A DNA stretch of 64,000 bases from NCBI GenBank assembly GCA_977018835.1, contig OZ361258.1, positions 3,782,001 through 3,846,000 of the forward strand. The letters run 5' to 3'. Numbering within the stretch: position 1 is the first letter of the stretch; each line of letters starts with the position of its first letter. Below are positions 57,209-64,000 of this stretch, one piece after another. Source of the DNA: Minutocellus sp. GHC0000111. Taxonomy: Eukaryota. The translations under genes were made by a program, and so were the position numbers. A model generated the notes under the pieces. It was not told the origin of the DNA. It saw nothing but the letters and a program-made list of their open reading frames with translations, and searched no databases.

Positions 57209-59154
57209 ATGAACAACGAAGAGGATATGGCAACTGCCGATGCGTCGGACATGAACGACATTGATTTGGAGGGTGACGGACCCGACGCTTCGCAGCTTCC
57301 CTCCGTTGAGGAGGTTCGGACGAACCAATCCCTTGCCCCCGACGCGAACGAGACCAAGCGCCGTCGGAAGAAGTGCTACCTGTACAGCGCCATCCTCCTG
57401 ACTCTGGCCTTGATCGGCCTCATCATTGGTGTGGCGGTATCCAAATCCAAGTCGAGCTCGGGGGGCAGCGCTCAGTCGGTCGCACCTCCGGCGCCCGTGC
57501 CCAGCCCAACCGCTTCGGCGCCATCCCCAACCCGGCCGGCCCCGACCGCCGCCCCGGAGATGACGGATGCCGAGCGCGAGAAGGCCGCCCGGGCCTTCCT
57601 CATGACGACCGGCGTCTCCGACGAGGACGACATGACCAACTCCGGTACTCCCCAGCACAAGGCCCTTAAGTGGATCAGCAAGGAGGACACCCTCCGAGTT
57701 CCGATCCCGTCGAACCCCGAGGACCTTGGCACCACCAAGGCCCGCAAGTTCGTCCAGCGTTACCTAGGTACGCCCTGGCCACCTTCTACTACGCCACCGA
57801 GGGAGACTCGTGGTTCTACCCCTTCTCCTTCCTCTCCGGCAAGGACGAGTGCGAGTGGTACGAGATTCACACCGAGGGCGAGGAGGTGTACTTCTGTGGC
57901 GCCCACTGCGAGGGCGGATCCGACGAGGGCGCCGTCAGTCAGATCTGGCTCCCCAACAACGACATGGCCGGTACCATCCCCCAGGAGCTCGAGCAGTTCA
58001 CCAACCTCCGCGTCTTTGCCCTGGAGTACAACCTCAATATCACCGGAACGCTCCCCGATGCCTTCCATTCCATGCCCGACCTCAGCGTCATTGTCCTTTC
58101 CAACAACATGATCGAGGGCAAGATCCCGTCCAGCTTCAAGAAGCTGTCCAACCTCGAGTTCCTCGCCGTCGATGACAACCAGATGGAGGGCAACCTCAAC
58201 CACATCAAGGACCTCGACACCCTCAAGTACGTGTATCTGGAGGACAACTTCTTCGCCGAGTCTCTTTCGGACTCGACCTTCTCCGGATGGTCCAAGCTCA
58301 AGCAGTTGGACTTGTCCGACAATGAGCTCAGTGGTACCATCCCCGCCTCCCTTCTCAACCACGAGCACCTAACCGTCCTGGACTTGCACGACAACGATCT
58401 GACTGGTCCGATCCCCGAGGTTCCCAGCAAGCAGGACAAGCTCACCTACCTCGCCCTTCACAAGAACTCGCTCAGCGGACCCATCCCCAGCACCATCAAG
58501 CATCTTCAGGCCCTGACCGACCTCGATCTGTCGCACAACCAGCTCACCGGAGACATCCACGAGTCACTCAAGCACCTCAACCTGGTCTACCTCTTCCTCG
58601 GTGAGAATCAATTCGATGCCAACCCCGTCCCCGCCTTCCTCAGCGGTATGACCAACCTCACCGAGCTCTCCCTCAAGCATACCAACCTGCACGGTCCCAT
58701 CCCCGACAGCTTCGGTGATTTGACCGACCTTTACCTCCTCGATCTGGACAAGAACAAGCTGACTGGTACCATCCCCGAGTCCCTTGGAAACTTGGACAGC
58801 CTCATTGTTCTCATGCTCAACCGCAACCGCCTTACCGGCACCGTCCCCCAGGCGCTCGGCAACCTCCCCGCTCTTGGCGTTCTCCTCGTTGATGGCAACG
58901 ACGGCCTTTCGGGATCACTCGACTTTATGTGCACCTCGACCGGCGGCAACGGCACCTTCTTCGCTCTTTCGGCCGACTGTGGCGGTGATTCCCCCACCAT
59001 CGACTGCAGCAATGCTTGCTGCAACATCTGCTGCGGCGACCCCGACGAGAAGTGCGACGACATGGGTTGGACTGCCAACTACGATCCCATCTGGGAGCTC
59101 AGCTACGAGCGGTACCGCTTCGAGTTTGACATGGAGAGGAGGATGAGGGAGTAA
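57209..59154 (+). CDS. Diatom-type LRR receptor-like protein with N-terminal TM; frameshifted by an 8-bp insertion at 57763-57770
   Basis: TM helix, Pro-rich stalk, PQHKALKW, QRY|ALATFYY, ECEW, many LxLxxNxLxGxIP repeats and ADC....C..CC. Strong codon bias continues across the break. Confidence 0.92.
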
Positions 59155-59529
59155 ACCGAACTGGAGCAATGGAAAATTGCAGCGATGAAAAAGGATTGGA
59201 ATAGGAAGGAATAGTGGATATCGCAATCCATTGAATCATTGGAATGGACTTTGGAGGGGAGGACTTAACTTTGTGCACAAAGAAGCCTGCTATATGCTCG
59301 GAATGATAACGTGGTCCGTGCAATAATTGCATGTGATAACCGAGGCGGGTATGCACACAATGAAACAATTTACGCTTCGGGTCAAAAATTGAGGTTTGAA
59401 TCTGCAATTTTTTTCGTCTTGACCCATCAATATGATAACAGTCCCGAAAGCAAGACGACTTGAAGATACTATTAGATAAATATATACTTAACATGTTTTG
59501 ATTGATTTATTGCAGCAGTGTCTACTTGA

Positions 59530-60900
59530 CTACGATGTGTGGCAAGAGTCGGCAACTCTTTGCAATGCTTCGAAAGGGATGAGACCGATATCCTTCGGAA
59601 CTGCCAATCCGTCTTCACTCGTCAAAAAGTAGACCATTTCCCGGGCATTGTCAGATAAATTGGTCGAGGCCTCGGCCACAGCATCGGCGTCGAAACCATC
59701 AAGAGTTGACAGTGTGTCGCACAGTTCACGCAGTGCGGCGTCTGCATCTTCGATCGATGGACATGCAGCCTTAGCAGTGTCTACCCATGTGACGCGGTTG
59801 CGAATGATTCTAGCGGCAACCTCCATCGTTGGTGTTTCCGCTAAATATGCTCGATCCTTGCCATATATGGACCAGACTTTGTTCGCATCAAAACTCTTCT
59901 TTGTAGGAAGGTTGGGAATAGATTCCTCTCTCAATTCCAGCTCGGGATGAAACTTTCGTAGCAGATTCTGCCATGTCTCTGCGCGCCCCTTGACTGCACA
60001 GGAATAGCATGGTATCTTTTGATCGAGCGCATCGTAAAAATCCTTTACGGCTTCAAATTCTCGAGATCTCGGTGCCAAACCTTTATATAACATGGGCAGC
60101 TGCGCCGCGAAACGTTCCAAATATGGTGCCCAGTATATATCGGCCGCGGTAATGTCTTCTCCCGCAATGAATTCCCCGTCCTCATATTCCTCCAGCACTT
60201 CATCAATCTCCTCCAAGGACACCTTCAGTTTGAATTTTTGGACCACATCATCGTCTCGACAAACCTCTGCCGTCCCAAGCTTGGATAGAGGGTCCTTCTC
60301 CAATGCGCACTCTTCCAGGAAAATAAATGGAGTCAGAGATGATGGCAGGGTGTACCTCGGCATGATTCCCTCAAATCTGCGCTCGATACTCGATCTAACG
60401 ATGTCCACCGAGATGGAAATGCTGGGATACAAATCAGGCTTGATGTTGGAGTATTCTTCCTGAATTTTTTCAAGGATCTGATACATGTCCTTCCCCTCTT
60501 GGGCCGTCCCATCGGGCCATTGGAGCTTTGGCAATCGGTCCGGTTGCGAGTAATCATCGTCGACCAAAACTTTTACATATTCGGCATTCTTCACCTCCAG
60601 AGCAAAGAGCGCCCTCTCACAGTTGGGACACCAGTGATTCCGGTCGACATAAATGACAAGCTTGCCAGATAATTCAGCACCGTCCATTGCTGCCTCCTCC
60701 AGCACCAATGGACCATCGTGTTTGGTGCTGGGAAGCTTCTCTTGCAGTTCGATCCATCCGGGCAGAGCCGTAGCCGGTAGCAGGTTTGCATTTCTTCCTA
60801 CATGTGACCTGCTGCCACCACTGCATGGAATGAACGCATGTGATGCTGGTATGTGAAAAGCGAGAAGAGCGCAGGTCAGCAAGGTGAAGAGGAGACCCAT
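59530..60900 (-). CDS. Plastid-targeted glutathione S-transferase-like protein
   Basis: Signal peptide ending SHA-FIP; WCPNCER...LEVK; GEFIAGEDITAADIYWAPYLERF. Confidence 0.8.
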   Translation of the reverse strand: MGLLFTLLTCALLAFHIPASHAFIPCSGGSRSHVGRNANLLPATALPGWIELQEKLPSTKHDGPLVLEEAAMDGAELSGKLVIYVDRNHWCPNCERALFALEVKNAEYVKVLVDDDYSQPDRLPKLQWPDGTAQEGKDMYQILEKIQEEYSNIKPDLYPSISISVDIVRSSIERRFEGIMPRYTLPSSLTPFIFLEECALEKDPLSKLGTAEVCRDDDVVQKFKLKVSLEEIDEVLEEYEDGEFIAGEDITAADIYWAPYLERFAAQLPMLYKGLAPRSREFEAVKDFYDALDQKIPCYSCAVKGRAETWQNLLRKFHPELELREESIPNLPTKKSFDANKVWSIYGKDRAYLAETPTMEVAARIIRNRVTWVDTAKAACPSIEDADAALRELCDTLSTLDGFDADAVAEASTNLSDNAREMVYFLTSEDGLAVPKDIGLIPFEALQRVADSCHTS

Positions 60901-61115
60901 CTTAGTGGAGAACGAGAGCAAGGGATATTCCAATAGGATAATTCATCAACTCTTTTTTAGAGGCGCCTCTTCGATCTCAGCTCTCCGTGTGCTTGCGATC
61001 GTCATCGTCAGCACTCTCGGTCGACGCACTCCTAAGATTGATATTTACCGAATGGCTGAGAAAATGCTTTGATATGTGGAGTGTGACCGAGTAGCCGCAT
61101 CATTGTTTCTTCACG

Positions 61116-63537
61116 ATGGCGTCTACACGAAGCGCCGCCGCTGGCGAGGCTCAACCGCCACCCAAGCCGCTACCACCGGTGGTTGCAAAGCCTCCACCAC
61201 TGGTCGTCGCCGATGTACCTCTCAGTACAACCAAGGCATTGCTAATGAGTGTGATTTTTCCTAAGATTCATCATGTCTACGTGCCGCCGCCCACGCCCGT
61301 CGTTGAGGAACCATCGCTTTCACAGGATACCGCCGAATCCGATGGTACTGGAAGCCGTGGCGATGGTGCCAATGAAAAAAAGAGAAAGCCAGATGAAGTC
61401 GTTACAGAAAGCGGTGTTGGTGAAACAAAAGGTGGTGGAAAGAAAAAGGTTGGGCATGTGAGAACCGGTAGCGTCGGTGTCGGTGACAAGTCAGTGCTGA
61501 TCGTGAATGTAGACAACACTGGTGATGCGACGAAACCGAAAAGCATTGTTGATACGTTGGTCGACACTCTTGTCGATGCTGGGAAAGGCAAGAAGGATCA
61601 AAAGAGCCAAAAGAAAAAGGATGTTGTGACAATTGTCGGAACGGAGACTGTACCTTCGGTCGACATCGATGCCGAGCCAGCCAAACCGAAAGAGGACACA
61701 AAGACTGCTGCAGCAGCCGCCGAAATTGTGAAATCCGACGAAGATATTGACAAAGCAGAGACTACTGATGGACCGGCCAGTAAAGCTACAGACGCTTCGT
61801 CTGTCGCCTCGAATCCAGAAACTGCTCGCAGAATCAGTGAACAAACTGATGACAACGAGAGAGATGAAGATGCCAATTCCATGGTCGAATCCCAGACTAA
61901 CGATGCCAATGACAACCAAACCAGTGACGAAAAGGTTGCAGATGAGGGTGGTAATATCGACAATAATGATGACAATGAGGGAGAAAACTCAAAACATGAA
62001 ATGGTGGGATATGTTGAGGGGGACGATGAAAGGGGAGAAGAGAAGGTCCAGCATGTAGTGACTGCTGAAGAGATGGCCACCGTTGTGCGACTACCTACTG
62101 CAGCCGAGGCTGCTGCAGCTGCAGCGGCTCAGCAAGGACCCGATGCGCGTCAAATGGCAGCAGAAGCCACCAAAAAGATACGAACGTTCTTTGGCATTGT
62201 CAACGCCGAAGAGGACGAAAAGCCGACCATTCATCTGACAAAGGCCGAGGCGGTTGATGCTCTCAAACATGAGAATGAGATGGATGATGATCTGGCTCCC
62301 AATACTGCCATTCGCGTCGAGGCACTACTTCGACTGACATTCAAGGATCTATTGGCCGAGGGTCATCTCTTCAATGCTCCAATCTACACCGACATCAAAA
62401 CTACTCACGATGACGATGATGAAATGTGGTGCGAACTCTCTGTCATGATCAAAGGCGCATCAATTGGTTTGGTATTGGATCGGTTAGAGCGGATAGGAGT
62501 TGGAAGTAGTGTGGGCACATTATCGATATATAAGGCAGAGCTCTGTCGGACTGCGTACGACAATGGAAAGCCTACCGATGCCCTATCGCAACGAGATGCC
62601 CCCAAGGCTCCTGCCCCTGGAGGAGGTGCCAAAGATGGTGCCGATTCCAAAGTGAACAAATCGGAGCAGGGCACCAACAAAGCCGCTGTCCCAGGAGGAG
62701 AAGCTGGAGAAGCACAAGCCAAAAATATCGAAGCTGCCCGGGCCGAGTGGAAGAATGCAGCGAGTCGTCTCCGAGTGGAGCAGGTAAAAGAGCAGATCGT
62801 TGAGCAGTCTGTGCTGTCACTCGACTTTCTCGCTCTGCTTTTTTTCGCTTCCATATTGGCAGGAATCGGTCTAATTACTGACTCTACTGTTGTAATTGTT
62901 GCCAGCATGTTGGTGTCCCCAATCATGGGTCCTGTTATGGGCATGGTGCGTAACCAATTTGATCTTTTTTGTTCAATAATAATATTGATGGTTGTTCGCT
63001 TCGTACCTCACTTCTCGCAACCGTCTCTTTCACTTCATAATATCACACACACAACAATTCTGTAGACATTCGGTGCCAGAGTAAATGATTGGGCGCTAGC
63101 CAAGTCCTCGTCGATTAATGAAGTTGTGGCATTACTCATTTCTGTGGCAATCGGTGGTGCAATTGGATTTACATCATCTTTCAGCAGTGGCGCTGAGGAT
63201 TGGCCAACAAATGAGATGCTGTCGCGAGGCGAACCAATGGGCCTTGTTACGGGTATATGCATTGCTATTCCGAGCGGCATGGGCGTTGCCTTGTCCATAC
63301 TGGGCAACAATACGGCATCTCTTGTCGGCGTCGCTATTTCGGCGTCGCTGTTGCCTCCAGCCGTAAACTCGGGCATCTGTTGGGCGCATGCGATCTTGGT
63401 CCGAGCTGGAGCGGTGTCCTATGCGAATACTGCGGATTTTAATTTCGCCCAGATTGGCGGAATCTCCTTCTTGCTTACGGTGGTGAATATTGTATGCATT
63501 TGGATCGCTGGAATGGCCATGTTTGCCATCAAGGAAG
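61116..63537 (+). CDS. DUF389 membrane protein; intron 62946-63065; 3' end missing after the donor at 63538
   Basis: LAGIGL..DS.VVIVASMLVSPIMGP and LVGVAISASLLPPAVN; the intron joins VMGM to TFGA. Confidence 0.85.
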
Positions 63538-63559
63538 GTAAGTTTATTCCTAAACAGCA

Positions 63560-64000
63560 CATCTGAAGTCGTTCAAATACATGGGTCAATATTCGACAAG
63601 GCGCTGCTACGGCGAATTTTCGTGTCGGGGGAAGAGGCGAGAAAGCGACTTATTAGACGCGTCATGATAAAAATCTTGGCTGCACAGCTACAGCCAGACG
63701 AATTCACCAGATTTACTTGGGCCACAGCGGGAGATAGTGCCGCTGCCGGTCACGGCAATCGATCCGGACAGAGTTACACAACCGTAATGGAAATGACAGT
63801 GCGCGATGCTTTTTCATCTGTGGGAGTCAATTTCGTTTCTCGAAATCACGGCATGAGGGGCGTGGTTTCCACACCCGAGCTTGCTTTCTGTAATGAGGCA
63901 GTCTATGGCAAGGACGTGGACGTTTTGAATTGGGATTTCACTGTGACGGAGGCAAGAGATGCTCACCGAATCATGCTTTGGACTGCAAGGACAGCTGCGC
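63560..64000 (+). CDS. Partial SGNH-hydrolase-like protein running off the window; no N-terminus visible
   Basis: Hand translation of an open frame absent from the ORF track: FTWATAGDSAAAGHGN..QSYT...RNHGM...PELAFC...DVDVLNWDF. Confidence 0.65.

Noticed and set aside
57209..59154. Low TA content in the LRR gene as evidence of hypermutation
   Set aside because: Explained by C-ending codon bias; Tyr (TAC) codons are retained.
1..64000. CRISPR arrays, rRNA, tRNA or prokaryotic operons
   Set aside because: None seen; intron-containing eukaryotic genes throughout. Small ncRNAs cannot be excluded by eye.

Overview
Eukaryotic, gene-dense nuclear DNA, most likely from a diatom. The evidence is short GT-AG introns, bipartite ASAF-type plastid presequences, diatom-style LRR and hypothetical families, and TTAGGG repeats. 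About 27 host genes are recognisable, including Alba, PhyH-like dioxygenase, HCF101, a TPK channel, RBBP9, a PfkB kinase, an RsuA-type pseudouridine synthase, nucleoredoxin, a Hook-like protein, DGAT2, SVP26, UPF1, Kelch-BTB, an LRR receptor-like protein, GST and DUF389. A transposon cluster at about 11.8-20.4 kb holds a decayed Chapaev/Transib-like element and two TIR-bounded, TA-flanked DD39D Tc1/mariner elements in tandem. A Helitron-like PIF1 relic sits at the window start. Four signals stand out. (1) The older elements show TpA depletion with apparent Tyr->His/Cys replacement, suggesting repeat-targeted TA->TG/CA hypermutation. (2) A head-to-head (TTAGGG)n/(CCCTAA)n tract lies inside a transposase reading frame. 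(3) The identical 8-bp insertion, giving TACCTAGGTA, frameshifts two unrelated host genes 56 kb apart and matches the CC..GG ends of the local mariner; similar TA-(2-4 nt)-TA mosaics occur across intergenic DNA. (4) Several apparent deletion junctions truncate neighbouring genes. Some small indels may be sequencing or assembly errors. All family assignments come from motif recognition, not database searches.
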